NCBI GenBank assembly: GCA_965113315.1 | Contig: OZ220363.1 | Strand: one strand, 5' to 3' | DNA length: 64,000 nucleotides | Origin: Podarcis vaucheri | Lineage: Eukaryota | In this document: positions 25,101 through 37,455 of the stretch, piece by piece | How positions within the stretch are numbered: position 1 is the stretch's first letter | Layout of the letters: each line of letters opens with the position of its first letter | Position numbers and translations under genes: made by a program | The notes under the pieces: model-generated | What the model saw: only the letters and a program-made list of their open reading frames with translations | What the model was told of the DNA's origin: nothing | The model's database searches: none

Positions 25101-26286
25101 ACTTTCTAATTTCCTCGGGGTTCTGAATGTTTCCCTCTTCAATCTCTAGATTTGTGACCGTGTTCAATTTTTGTCTCTTTTTCAACTGCCAAGCTAGCAG
25201 TTTCCCACATTTATTTGCTGATTCAAATGTCCTTTGTTTCATCAATTTAATTTTCCATTCAACTTCCTGATTTATCAATTTGGAATATTGTGATTGATAA
25301 AGTTTAATTTCTCTCAGAATCTCCAGTGATTTTGGTTTCAATCTTAACTTTTTCTCACCTTCCTTTATTTTCTCCAAAATCTTGTCCTTTTTCTCATTCT
25401 GTGCTCTTTTCTTTATCATGTTCTGTTGTATCAGAAACCCCCTCATAACGGCTTTACTTGCATCCCAGATTACTCTTTTTTCCACTGTGGTGTTCAAATT
25501 TATTTCAAAATAGTCCTTCAAAGTGTTTTGGGCCTTCTGAATAATCTCTTTGTCTCTTAACAAGGTGTCATTCATCTTCCATCTGAAGGAGCCGGTTGGA
25601 GTTAGTCTCATATCCATCTTTATTGCGTTATGGTCGGAGCAGGTTTTTGGGCAGATTTCCACCTTTCTAGTCTTAGGAGCCAGGCCTCTAGTTATCCATA
25701 TTTGGTCGATTCTTGTCAATGTCAGTTGGGCTTCAGAAAAGAATGTTCCTTCTCTTCCTAGGGGGTTCTTTGTCCTCCAAATATCAATCAAGTCCATATT
25801 GTCGGTTAGTTCAAAAAAGGTTTTAGGTAGTCTGCCATCTTTTGTCAAGCTTTGGCTTTGTGACTTATCCATGTTTGTGGACACCACCCCATTCATATCT
25901 CCCATCATAATGATGTTACTATAGTCCAGATAGTCCAGCATTGTCTCATGCAGCTTCTTGTAAAATTCCGATTTCCCCTCATTTGGTGCATAGATTCCCA
26001 GTATCAAGAACTTTTCCCCTTGTGTTTGTATTTCAATTGCCAAAATTCTTCCTTGCTCATCTTTAAAAAGGAATTTTGGTGACAGGCTCTCCTTTGCATA
26101 TATCACCACTCCTCTCTTCTTCACTCGATCCGATGAAATAAATTCTTGGCCTAGTCTCTTGTTAATTAGCACTTTTCTGTGGAGCCTAGTCACATGTGTT
26201 TCCTGCAAGCAAATAATGTCCAATTGTTCTTTCTTTAATAAGTGGAATATCCTTCTCCTTTTTTCCGGGGAGTTACAGCCATTAAT
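22140..26286 (-). mobile_element. L1-clade LINE, 5'-truncated (ORF2, 3'UTR, polyA tail)
   Basis: APE endonuclease motifs (INGCNS, IICLQETH, GDMN, SDH), RT (KSPGPDG, DAEKAFD, GTRQGCP, FADD), C-terminal CWKC..H....C knuckle; AATAAA and A tail near 22140-22166. Confidence 0.95.
22574..26286 (-). pseudogene. Disrupted L1 ORF2 (endonuclease-reverse transcriptase)
   Basis: ORFs 24094-26223 and 22658-24097 are joined by a 1-nt frameshift beside an A7 run. The TGA at 22658-22660 is premature: the frame continues DLGEETVEEDWKKFKDYL to TAA at 22574. Confidence 0.9.
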
Positions 26287-26709
26287 CTTTTACCCAAAGG
26301 TTGCCAAGCAGGTCACAGTGCCATATACAATATTAGATGCATAACTTAATAAAATACACAAGCAAGCTTTTTAAAAAAATAAAACACCTTGGTTCACAGC
26401 AATACTTCAACCAGAACAAAATTACTTCTCACATCTCAGAATAAAGCAGCAATGATACTCTCCTGTCACTCAAAAGCCCAGCAGAATGAACCCATGGAAT
26501 ATAGATCCATGCAAACTCTGAGTTTGTTGGTGGCAAATTCATTGCAACAAGCACTGCATGAGCCTTAAAAACAAAGCATTAGCACATGGTGGGCTTATCC
26601 ACACTTACCTTTTTCCCCGTGCTTTCCAGGCACAGGTCCTCACTTAAAAGCTCCATTTCCCCCATCCCCAGGACAGAGAAAGCTTGTCTCTTTTTTTTCT
26701 TTTTTTTTA

Positions 26710-26956
26710 GAAGAAGAGTTTGGATTTGATATCCCGCTTTATCACTACCCTAAGGAGTCTCAAAGCGGCTAACAATCTCCTTTTCTCTTCCTCCCCCACA
26801 ACAAACACTCTGTGAGGTGAGTGGGGCTGAGAGACTTCAAAGAAGTGTGACTAGCCCAAGGTCACCCAGCAGCTGCATGTGGAGGAGCAGGGAAGCGAAC
26901 CCGGTTCACCAGATTACGAGTCCACTGCTCTTAAGCACTACACCACACTGGCTCTC
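26710..26956 (-). mobile_element. tRNA-derived SINE (Squam3-like)
   Basis: Reverse strand GAGAGCCAGTGTGGTGTAGTG...GGGTTCGCTTCCC...CAAATCCAAACTCTTCTTC; near-identical copy at 43791-44040. Confidence 0.85.
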
Positions 26957-28191
26957 AGAAAGCATGTCGTTTAACCAATGCTTTTTTTCTAGAAAAAGAG
27001 GTGCTGAAACTCACCATGAATGTCTCCCTTGTTCTCATATAATGCCAATGGTGCCCATCTGAGTGGTGCCAGAACTAAATTCTGAAGAGCTCTGGCTGAA
27101 AAAAAGCCTTGTTCCTCTCTTCTGTTTTTCCTCAATATGGCAGCAAAAAACATTTTTTAGATCCTCTAGCTGGCTGAGAGCAGATCTATTTATTGTAGTT
27201 GCTATAACCTCCTCCAGCAGAATGTGCCGGAGAAAGATTTTCTTTAATTAAGGCGGCACGGATTGTTGCTCTGACTCTTAAAGGCATCCACTTTTCAAAT
27301 GCTTTCTATGATGGGCATGGCAACTCAACAAGTCCCTCTTGAGCAAGGCTTGACGTTATACCTTGATGTGTCATCTGGAGACTCTGGGTACTCTCACACT
27401 AGTCATTTTCTCAAGAAGCAACTTCATTCACCTGGAAAAATTGAAATGAGATCACAGATAAAATGTTCCATTCCAATATCTCTATGTTCTCCTCCCATCT
27501 TTTAAATTATTGGATAGTGCTCACCTTTATGACTTTCTGTTCCTTGGCAGCGCCCACCTTTTACAGGTCAACTGGCAAAGTGCTGTTGATTCACCTGGCA
27601 TGGAAGAGTGAAGCACTTTGGGCAAAAGTACTTTGGGCCAAAGCACTTCTAGCAAACTTTAAACCAGACACTTGTATTTTGAGAGGAAAGGGATCTGCAG
27701 AACTCCCACTTAGAATGCACTCCTGATCTAAGGGAGCTGGACCAGTTTCCTACTGAAAATCCTTGCCTAAGTTCCTACTATTTGCCCCTGAAAATGCTTG
27801 TCACAATAAATGTCTCTTTGGGGGGCGATTAGGGGGTTCAGCATGAGACCAACATGGGGCCCTGATCTGGAGACATTCTAGTTTTGAGCCACATTGTTGC
27901 TGGAAGTGGCCAGTTACACACACCTTATTAAAAGTGTACTGATTGCACTGTGTAATTTGGCTCTTAAAATAAGAGTTAGTTACAGTGTGAGTCTATACCT
28001 GTCTATTCAGAATTAAGACACATTGAGTCTAATGCGGGTTATTTACATGTAAGTGAGTACAGGATGGCAGCCTTTGTTAGTTACTGCTTTTTAATTGTTT
28101 TATTTGTAATTTTGATATTTCATGCAAACTGCTTATACGTTTTGTTACATTCAAGCAGTATATAAATGTTGTTCAATAAAGAGCAGATCAG

Positions 28192-28355
28192 CAGTGCCAG
28201 GGCATGCGTGGCAAGCGCCAAGCATCCCGGGGGTGCACGTCAAGCACCGAGCGTCCAGGGGGCAGGGGCGGGGGGGGCGGCTGCGATGTCACCCCCCCCC
28301 CCGGGATGGCAGCTTGGGTGGACCGCTCCCCCTGCCCCGCCTTCATCCATCAGTG
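28192..28355. mobile_element. Short GC-rich hAT-like MITE
   Basis: 8-bp TSD CAGATCAG (28184-28191, 28356-28363); termini degenerate. Confidence 0.65.
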
Positions 28356-30410
28356 CAGATCAGAATGATTTTAACCAGCATTGGTTTCTTGTGCCTCTGC
28401 CATTATATATCTGCAGTGGGATCCCAACCCCCATGCAAATGTGTATATTTAGTTTGCACTAAAATGCAAATGAATATTCATGAGGATTTTTTAAAAAAAA
28501 AATGCAAACTGATGTCAGAATGTGGAAAACTGAATAGGAAAAATGAGAAATTGAGAGAAACGAAGATTGACAGATTAACCCATAACTTAACAGTGAGCAG
28601 TGACTGATTACTTCTAGACATTTCTGAATTAGGCTTTCTGGACCTATTCCAAACAGATTTCCTGCCTGGTTTCGGGACTGAGACCGTTTGAACAATCTGT
28701 GTCTGGAAAGAAACAGGGGAGGTGTGGGCTTGTTGATTCATCTGGGGTTACTTATGAAGAAAATGAAAATTGGAACTGGGTGTTGTCAGAATAAAAACAA
28801 CACCACACACCAACCCCCGCATTCCCTCTCCAAGCAGTTTCACGTCAAGCAAGAAAGGGAGGTTACAAGTTGGAACACTCTGACAGACAGAAAGAAAGGA
28901 GAAATCTCGTAAGACAGCTCTGTAAAATAGGAGTAGGACCAGTGAAAACCTGCCCACCAGTGGAGTGCGGCCAGTGGACTAGGAGGACTAGGCTAATCCC
29001 CTAAACCAGTGGGGTGCCTTGAACAATGGTCTGGCGTGCCACGGGCAACACTGGCCTCTGTCCCTCTTTCCTTCCCTCCTTGCATCTCTGCCTCCCAAAG
29101 GCTTGCACAGCTGTTTGTTGCAGCAGTCCTGGCTACAAGCTCCTCAGGCAAATGGTGCCTCTGGTGCTTCCCAGGCCCCTGTGGGGCAGTGTGAGGAGGC
29201 ACCTACAAGTCTGGCTTTGGGAAGGAGGCAGAAGGGCTACAGCATCCTGTTAGAGCCCTGGAAGCTTGTGCCTGGCTTTGGGAGGGAGGCACAATGATCA
29301 TGCACATGATGTTGACCTCCTTCCCAACAGCCATCGCAAGCTGGCGCCTCTGGCCCTAACTGTTCCCCTATGAAAAATTTCACTGCCTGCCACTCTTGCC
29401 CACATAGATTGTCCAGAAGCATCTGGTAATAAATGGGACCAAAAGCCACTGAGGTCACTGCAGAGATTCTCTATCTGTCCATCTATTTATCTGTCTGCCA
29501 ATAAACTACTTCCTGGAATACCTTCATTATTACTTCCTGGAGTATTTTTAAGTATTTTAATTTGCATAGTTTCTGCAGGTAACAGTGTTCAGCTTTTGTT
29601 GTGCAAGGGCATGGGATTATGGCATTTCCCTTCCCACTCTTATTTCAAAGCTATTTTTGTCTTTGTATCAGAAAGGCACCTGACCAATTTGGTTGCCAAT
29701 AAATATTGCTGCGAACATTTCAGAGATCATGGTCTTTCCAACGAGTGGCTCCTGTCCAGGTTTGTTACTTGTCTTACTTTAAATGTTGTGATGATCCTAT
29801 GCCCTTTTAAAATGTGGTTTGGGGTGTGTATTATTGGGTTGTTGTTTTTATTTTAATTATGTAATTTGTGGTTTTATATTTTGATTTTATTCTGTGAACC
29901 ACCCTGAGACCTCAGGGTATAGGGTGGTATATAAATTCAGTAAATAATAAATAATAATGGCAGAGTGCTCATAGTCCAGAAAATATTGCAATTTCACTGC
30001 TGAGAAAATGGGATACCTCTGCAGCAGAAGTGTTGCCTTCAGGAGAGATGTCTAGATCCCCTACAACTGATGACTGCCAGCTGGGTATTTGAAAGCAACA
30101 TCTGGAAAGCTCCCTGCAGAGGAAAAGGGACTATGATACCCCATAGTATGCCTAGAGCTCTGGTGAAATCAGTCATGCTCAAGCCTTTGCTGCCATCATG
30201 TGGCTCTGTTTTATACAGTTTCCAGGGGAAAATCTGTGTTCGTCAGGTACAGCAGTTGAAGCACTTTAAATGTGGTCGTAGTTATTGCTGCAGAGCTTTT
30301 ATTTTGTTTATCTAAAAATATGTATGAACAACTTTTATGAGCAGAACTCTTCAAAGTGGCTTACTTGATGTAACAGATCTGTAGAAAACGCAACCTAAGA
30401 ACGAGACAAT

Positions 30411-31145
30411 GGGGACTTCTGGCGAGGCAAGATGGCCAACGCCACGGCTGCACAGAGCTCCTGAGAATGACCTGCACCAACAGCATTGGCTGGCTGGTCC
30501 CCACACTGCCAACACTGCTACCACCGCAATTGGGGGGGAACCAGGGGTGCCCAACGCAACAACCAGGGAGGCTGTGGGGAGCCCCTAGCTCCCCCCCAGT
30601 GGCCTTGAATGCGCTGGGACCGAGAGCACCCCACTGACAGCCCAGCAGAGCTCTGAGGCCTCTGGAACCAAACAGAAAACAGAAAGCAAAAAGGAGTCGT
30701 CCACACACAGCCAAGCACCAGCTTGCTGACACCAAGAGAGAGAGGTAGGAAGGTACCGGGAAACTACTGTCTAAAAGACTTCTACAAAAACAACAAACCC
30801 ACACCAACACAAGAAATACAAGACAAATTAGGGACACCCAAATCTCTTGGCTAACACACCATCAACTACACGCCTTCTTAAACAATCCAGCAGTAAAATC
30901 AGCAGCCACTAGGCCCTTGACCACCTTCGAAAAACTTCTCCTGACAGCAGAGGAACACGGCAAAGGGATGGTATTCACAATATACAAAATACTGCTCCAA
31001 AATCCCACAACTCCCCATGATGCAATCAAAGAACAATGGGAGCATGACATAAGCTATGAAATCAACCCCACCCAATGAACTAGAATGTGGTCTAAACCTC
31101 CCTTTAAGTCCATATTAGCCAAAAGAAGGAAACTCACTCTGAAGT
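30411..31145 (+). mobile_element. Internally deleted L1 fragment (5'UTR joined to late ORF2)
   Basis: Starts GGGGACTTCTGG...CAAGATGGCC (L1-like start with YY1-type motif). From ~30820 reads ...GKGMVFTIYKILL...KEQWEHDI..I...*TRMWS, resembling the post-RT region of ORF2. Confidence 0.6.
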
Positions 31146-32311
31146 AAACTGGTCCCAAGCTGTTAAGGGCTATTTTATTTTATTTTATTTTATTTTATTT
31201 TATTTTATTATTATTTTAGAAAGCACATACACTTCAATAACATATAAGAAAAAAGGAAGAAAATACAACTGAATTAAAATTAAACATACATACAAAACAA
31301 ATTTGAGTTGTTATGTTCACGGTCCCTAAAAATAATTATTAGTATTGGGAGAGGGAGGGTAGTAACATTATTTTGCTAACTTTTAAGTATTTTATTACAT
31401 ATAAAATATGAATATTTGAAAGATACAGAAACAAAAAATGACTAGCCCTTTCAACATCAGATGGTTTAAATTATGGGCTTTAGATAACAAAAAAGATAAC
31501 AAAAAGCACAAGGAATTTTATGACCACATGATGGCAGCAACATCCCAGAGAAAGAATCTCTTAAGGATCTTCAGCTTGGTTGGGATCTATGAGTAAAACT
31601 TTTTAGGACTGTGTTGCCTCAATGTCTCCAGAGTGCACAGCCATTCAACTGAAGGTTTCATTTGCCACTCTGAAGAGCAGCTTAGTATTCTCCCCATTCT
31701 GAAGCTGATGAGTAGAGAGGAAATATTGGTCTTGCCGTTCAATATGTGGTGAGTGGGCAGGACTCATAGTCTTGGTATCAGATAAGTTACACTGAGCTAG
31801 TGTGAGTCACTGCACATTCTACCTTGGACTTTGGCTGTCCTGATTGTTTTGGGTGACTATAAAGGAACTGTTGGTATGAATCGATTTTATGTTTGGCAAG
31901 TTGCAACCAGGAGATATTGTGTTGCTGTTTCAAAGGCTAGAGGCTGCAAGATTGTCCAGGTTCACCATTGTTCCCCTCGATCATATTCCTCTCCTACGAA
32001 CTGCATTCCAATTCTGTCCCACTTAAGGCAAGGGAGGAGGGTGGACAAAAATACTGGTGGAGGATCAAGGCAAGAGAAGCTCCATCTGCAGGATCTCCTG
32101 CTATCTCAACCCTTCTTGATTCTGAATAATCTGTCCTCCCAGGGAATACATAACTGCATAAGAAAGATGGTTTCTGGGCAGACCATCCATCCCTGACCAT
32201 TGGCTATGCTGGAAAAGGTGTGGAGAACCTAATCAAAGGGGAGGGGGTTCAAATGTATATCAAGTGGATGTGCTGTGGTCATGAGCCTATTTTGCCCACC
32301 CCTTAGGAGTA

Positions 32312-32657
32312 CAGTGGTGCCCCGCAAGACGAATGCCTCGCAAGACGAAAAACTCGCTAGACGAAAGGGTCTTGCTGTTTTTCGATGCGCTTCGCAAGAC
32401 AAATTTCCTTATGGGCTTGCTTCGCAAGACGAAAACGTCTTGCAAGTTTGTTTCCTTTTTCTTAACACCGTTAATACAGTTGTGACTTGACTTCGAGGAG
32501 CAACTCATAGAACACGGTGTGGTAGCCTTTTTTGAGGTTTTTTGTGATTTTTGAAGCTTTTCCAAAACTTTTCCGACACCATGCTTCGCAAGATGAAAAA
32601 TTCGCTAGACGAAAAAACTCGCGGAACAAATTAATTTCGTCTTGCGAGGCACCACTG
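32312..32657. mobile_element. Tc1/mariner-type MITE with repeated CGCAAGACGAAA motifs
   Basis: TIR CAGTGGTGCCCCGCAAGACGAA / TTCGTCTTGCGAGGCACCACTG, TA TSD. Confidence 0.88.
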
Positions 32658-32937
32658 TACCATGCTGTTACTTTAATTCCTTCCCCCCCCCCTTGCGTGC
32701 ACACTTAACAGTCTGACACACAGCAACATAGCAAGTGAAGGTATATCTGCCATGGATATGAATGGAGGGAGCTTCCTCAGCTGCATTTCTGTGCACTTAA
32801 GCTGGTGTTCAAGGGTCAATAAAAATGTCTCTCTTGTTGTTCTAGTCTTCAAAGAATACCTATGATTTGAAGAATTTGCAGCAAAGGCAAAATTTCACCA
32901 GACACAACTATTTCCATGCACCTATAAAGCTATAGAA

Positions 32938-33281
32938 CAGTGGTCCCCAAACTAAGGTCCATGGGCCGGATAAGGCCCGAGGGACTCGTTTATCTGGCCC
33001 GCAGCGCCCCCCACCGCCCGCTGCTGCCACCTGCTATTACCGGTACTGCGCTGCATGGCTGCCCACTTCCGGGTCGGAGGAGCACCAGAAATAGCTATTG
33101 TGCATGCACAAGCATTATTTGTGCATGTGCAAGCATTATTTCCGGTGCGCCTCCAACCCGGGAGTGCACCGGAAATAGCGTGTGTGCACACGTATGGGCA
33201 CGCGCTCCCCCACCCTCCAGCCCGCAGCATGATCAGCGCTGGAGACACCAGCCTGAGGTGCAGTAAGTTTGCTGACCCCTG
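32938..33281. mobile_element. hAT (Charlie-type) MITE
   Basis: CAGTGGTCCCCAAACT...AGTTTGCTGACCCCTG; 8-bp TSD CTATAGAA. Confidence 0.88.
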
Positions 33282-33782
33282 CTATAGAAGCCCACATTCA
33301 GCAACCCTTATTTCATCGGTGAATAAGTAATTGTGTTCATAGACAGGTGTCAATTTACAAAGCTTTACCTTTGTAAAGCTTCTTATGGCTGGAAAGTAGG
33401 GTGCAATCTGACTGGTGGCCTTTTCTTTTGAAGTCCTCCTTCCCTCTGAAACCCTGGTGATATTCTGTGCTACTCCCAGTCAGAAGAGCGCCACTAAAAT
33501 CAACAGGCTCGAGGAACTGACGTGCATTAATTTCAGTGGGTCTACTCTGAATACAACTTAGTTAGTGATCACCCTTTGGCTGTGACTTTTAAACAGAGCA
33601 GTATTTTATTCCATTTCTTCAAGGGAAGAGGTTGGAGGATCAGAGCCTCTGTGCTTAGAGAGAAATAAAACACTGCTTGAGAGCAACAAAGAGCAGGGAA
33701 GGTGAGTGGTTAATGGCCCATTAATTTGAACAAAGCAGTTCATTCATATTCAACTCAAAGTAGTAGGCAAGGGCTGAGCAGG

Positions 33783-33911
33783 TATAAACCAGAAGCCAAT
33801 CTTATCTGGCCACAGTCTTCATCATACAGAGGAAGGAGCTCTTTGGAAATGGGCACACCACCATTCCCATAGACTCCTTCATAGGTCTCGCCTGCTGCCC
33901 AGCCTGCCAAA
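33783..33911 (+). promoter_or_regulatory. RHOD: Candidate TATA promoter and non-coding first exon of RHOD
   Basis: TATAAA at 33783-33788, donor AA|GTAAGT at 33912, acceptor CCCCTTTGTAG ending at 34696 just before the ATG exon. Motif evidence only. Confidence 0.4.
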
Positions 33912-34716
33912 GTAAGTTCCCTCCTAGGGAAATAGAAAGCAACCAGATGCTCCCTCAAATTTATAGCAGATAAAAAGACTTATGTGGCATCAAAGCGCTG
34001 GTGAAGATTTAAGTTTGAATATTCAATTAGCTCTGTGCAGGTGGCACATGTGTCTGTATATAAATTTGCACATGTACTGTTCGCTGTGTTTGTGTGTCCA
34101 TAACAGAGTATGCATGCATTTTTACACTGGCATCAGAACAAGGATCAAATGTGATGGTACACAACTACACAAAGTGCATGCTTTTATCTATATCACTTCT
34201 GTTCCTCTGTGGATTTTGTTGAGGATACCATTGTGTGCTACACCTGTGCACATGTGTAGTCCTGAGTGTATGCAAGATATGGGCATGAACAGGATTTAAC
34301 AGTGTTTAATCGATACATGGGTGATGCCCCCATCTTCTTTGCTTGGTGAACTGTTTGAAAAGCACTTTGCCGATATGTGAATTTCCCTATCTTCCATTCT
34401 ATTCGTCATCACCCTGAGGGTGGATGCTTCTGGGAAAGTGTCCCTGTTTACAATCTCCACCCTCTGCCAACCAATCCTTTCACATTCCAGCCACACCTGC
34501 TGTTCCACATTCACCCTTGGCCACTCTCTCCCACTGACCTTGTGCTGTGAGCCTTGATTTTTAAATCTACAGCAAAGAAAAGAGTCAAGCTGCAGATCTC
34601 GGCGTGGAAGAGCCCTGTTGGAGAAAACTTGTTGGAGAAAAGAAGTTATCTCATCTGCCGTTTCCTTGGGTCGTTGCAAAAGATACCCCTTTGTAGGGCC
34701 CTGGGGGCTGGTAGAG

Positions 34717-34863
34717 ATGCAAAGAGGCTTAGAGACTCCAGACCAGTTAGGTGCCAACCGGGAGACTCCAGGAATCCCTGAGATCAAAGTTGTTGTCGTA
34801 GGAGATGGAGGCTGCGGAAAGACATCGCTGCTCATGGTCTTTGCAAAAGGAGACTTCCCCAAG
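34717..34863 (+). CDS. RHOD: RhoD GTPase, coding exon 1 (P-loop)
   Basis: MQRGLETP...IKVVVVGDGGCGKTSLLMVFAKGDFPK; donor AAG|GTAAGC, phase 0. Confidence 0.92.
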
Positions 34864-35075
34864 GTAAGCCCTGTCTATCCACAGGATTGCTACCACCAAT
34901 AATATGCTTGTTATTTGCCATACTATATCCTGTCCAAGGAAAACTGTCCAACTTTCAAAGTGGGTTTGGGTTGTTGCTCTTTTTACTGCCCTGAGGTTAT
35001 CGTTCTGGGAACCTCTAAGATAGGGGTGGTGGGGAAACCTTTTTCAACTCAAGGGTTATATTCCATTCTAGGTAA

Positions 35076-35436
35076 GGTAAAGGACCCCTGGACGGTTAAG
35101 TCCAGTCAAAGGTGGCTATGGAGTTGCGAAGCTCATCTCACTTTCAGGTCAAGGGAGCCGGCATTGGTCCACAGACAGCTTTCCAGGTCATGTGGCCAGC
35201 ATGACTAAACCGCTTCTGGTGGAACGGGACACGGACAGAAACCAGAGCACATGGAAACACCATTTACCTTCCCTCCATAGTAGTACCTATTTATCTACTT
35301 GCACTGGTGTGCTTTCAAACTGCTAGGTTGGCAGGAGCCAGGACAGAGCAACCGGAGCTCACCCCATCACAGGGATTCGAACCGCAAGCCCAAGAGGCTC
35401 AGTGGTTTACGCTACAGCACCACCCGCATCCCTTTA
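35076..35436 (-). mobile_element. Sauria SINE (Squam1) in RHOD intron
   Basis: Reverse complement of the SINEs at 47544 and 62418; 13-bp TSD CCATTCTAGGTAA (35063-35075, 35437-35449). Confidence 0.9.
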
Positions 35437-35477
35437 CCATTCTAGGTAACCTTCCAGGGGTCACATGTAAGAGTGGG

Positions 35478-36077
35478 TATCAGGGTCAGGTCAGCAATGA
35501 CTCACAAGATGTCTGTGAAGCCTTTATTCAAAGAAACAAAAATGGCTCAGCCCTAGTGAGCACAGCTACCCTTCCCACCAGGTCTTGCCCTGATGAGGCA
35601 GTTGCGAGGACTAAAGGTCCCTGCCTTCCCATCGCTCTTTAAGGCTCCTCCTCCCCAGGTTCATTCCCAAGCTATCTGAAGCTCGTTTCTCTTGTCTCTC
35701 ATTGCTCCACCCTCTTCATCCCTCTGTGGGTTCTGGAAGTCCGGGGTGGAGGGGAGATTGTCGCAATAGGAGGGGGAGACCCCATGGCTTCTTCAGCAGC
35801 CTGCCTCCACTCAGCCTCTTGCCTCCCCTCCTCTCCTGCCTCCGCTTCTGCCTCTAGACTGCTCTCTGCCACAGCGTCTTCCTGCTCACTAAAGCCTGTT
35901 ACCACTTCAACTTCTGGCACCTCCTCCTTCCAGTCTGCTCCCTCTTCTTCCTCTGACTACTAATCATGCTCCCAGCACCAATTCCCTGGCTCTGAACCTT
36001 CGTCCTTTGGGAATTCCCTTGGGGGTTCCCCAGCTGGAGCCTCCCACCACTCCTCTGCGTCCAACCGGTCCATGACA
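35478..36077 (-). mobile_element. Probable solo LTR
   Basis: Minus strand starts TGTCATGG, has a purine-rich body, AATAAA near the end and finishes CCCTGATA; similar layout to 15464-15912, but no clean TSD. Confidence 0.5.
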
Positions 36078-37367
36078 CCACATGACAGAAATGGGCAGGG
36101 CCAGAGGCAATTGTGGGTGGAGCAATTAATGTAAATACTAGCTTTGTGCAGGAGGCTACACTCACCCATCCCTCTCTGTCAACCACCCAGGCAAGGAAAA
36201 GGCATCACCAGGGCTTAAGGACACATTCCAGTCTGGCAAAACTACCCAAGGAAAGTATGACTGGTGACAGGGTGGGGTCTGGGGAAAGGGTGTGTTTAAT
36301 TAATTATATTTATTAGTTTTATACATTTATGTATGGGCTGGGGAGAGTCCTAAGGGGCAGATAGAGAGGCTGGGGGTGTCACCTTTGGTCTCAGGCCTGA
36401 GTTTCCCCAACCCTGATCTAACATGGTAAATTCTACCAACAAAAACAAGGCAAACAAGCTTCTCTCACCATCTCCTTGGAGTCATGGGTAATGGGACCCT
36501 TGGTACTTCTCTGGAACAAGTTCAGTAGGGAAAACTTAAGCTGTGGCTAAGAGTACTACTGGTCAGTGTCACCAAACTTCCTTTCACAAAAAAACCCCCA
36601 TTTATTTAGTTGCCAATACTGTTGCTATACAAAAGAAGAATTTGTCTGGTGTGCATTCTCCAGTGGTGCCCACTAGGGGTGGTTGAGCGGGAGGCAGGAG
36701 CCAGAATCAAGGACAGGGAGACCCGACTGATTCTAGTTCTGCACCCATCCTCCTCTTTGCTGAGTTGCACCTGAGCAACCCTGAGGCTAAGGAGGAGGAA
36801 CCTGATAACCAGGTCCCCACCGATGGCTCTTTGTAAGCACAGGTGGGAACTGACTGAGAGCAGACTGAGGGTGATGGGTCACTGCCACATTCTTCCTAAT
36901 GGAGCAGTCACCTCTGGTGTTCTCAAAAGGTAAGCCCACCTGGCAGCAAACACAGTACATGGATCGGTAGCAGATGGTGGGGTGGGATGGCTGTGCTCAC
37001 CTGACCACCAGACTTTTCATGCTGCTTACTGGGAAGGAGAAAGGGAGGAGTGAGGCCAGTGTAGTGCAAACACAGAAGCAGAGACAATCTCATGCTCCTG
37101 CCAGCACATTTGCACTGCACCAACCTCACCCCTTCACCTCCCAGTGAGCAGCAACAATGTGGCTGGCCAGAGGTCAGGTGAGTGGCAGTGCCCCACCAGG
37201 CCATCTGCTCCTGACATTGAGCGAAGGCTCGTTTGAGCGAAATGTTGAGGAAAGGGATGCATGATAGTATCTTGAAGAAAAAATGTTGGAATGGAGATAG
37301 AATACAAAACGGTCCTTTCTCACAGACAAGGCAAAAACATCTCTTTCTCACCTTCCTCTTCTTCTAG

Positions 37368-37455
37368 GTTTACATCCCAACAGTATTTGAGAAATATTCA
37401 GCCCCCTTCCACATCAACGACAAGCAAGTGAATATCAGTCTCTGGGATACAGCAG
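37368..37455 (+). CDS. RHOD: RhoD GTPase, coding exon 2 (switch I, WDTAG)
   Basis: Acceptor CTTCTAG; [29 protein letters not shown](G); 88 nt; donor CAG|GTGTGT. Confidence 0.95.

Noticed and set aside
32312-32657. Spaced CGCAAGACGAAA repeats
   Set aside because: Internal copies of the TIR motif of a TA-flanked MITE; not a CRISPR or regulatory array.
34296-34862. 188-aa minus-strand ORF
   Set aside because: Antisense shadow of RHOD exon 1 with no recognisable domain.
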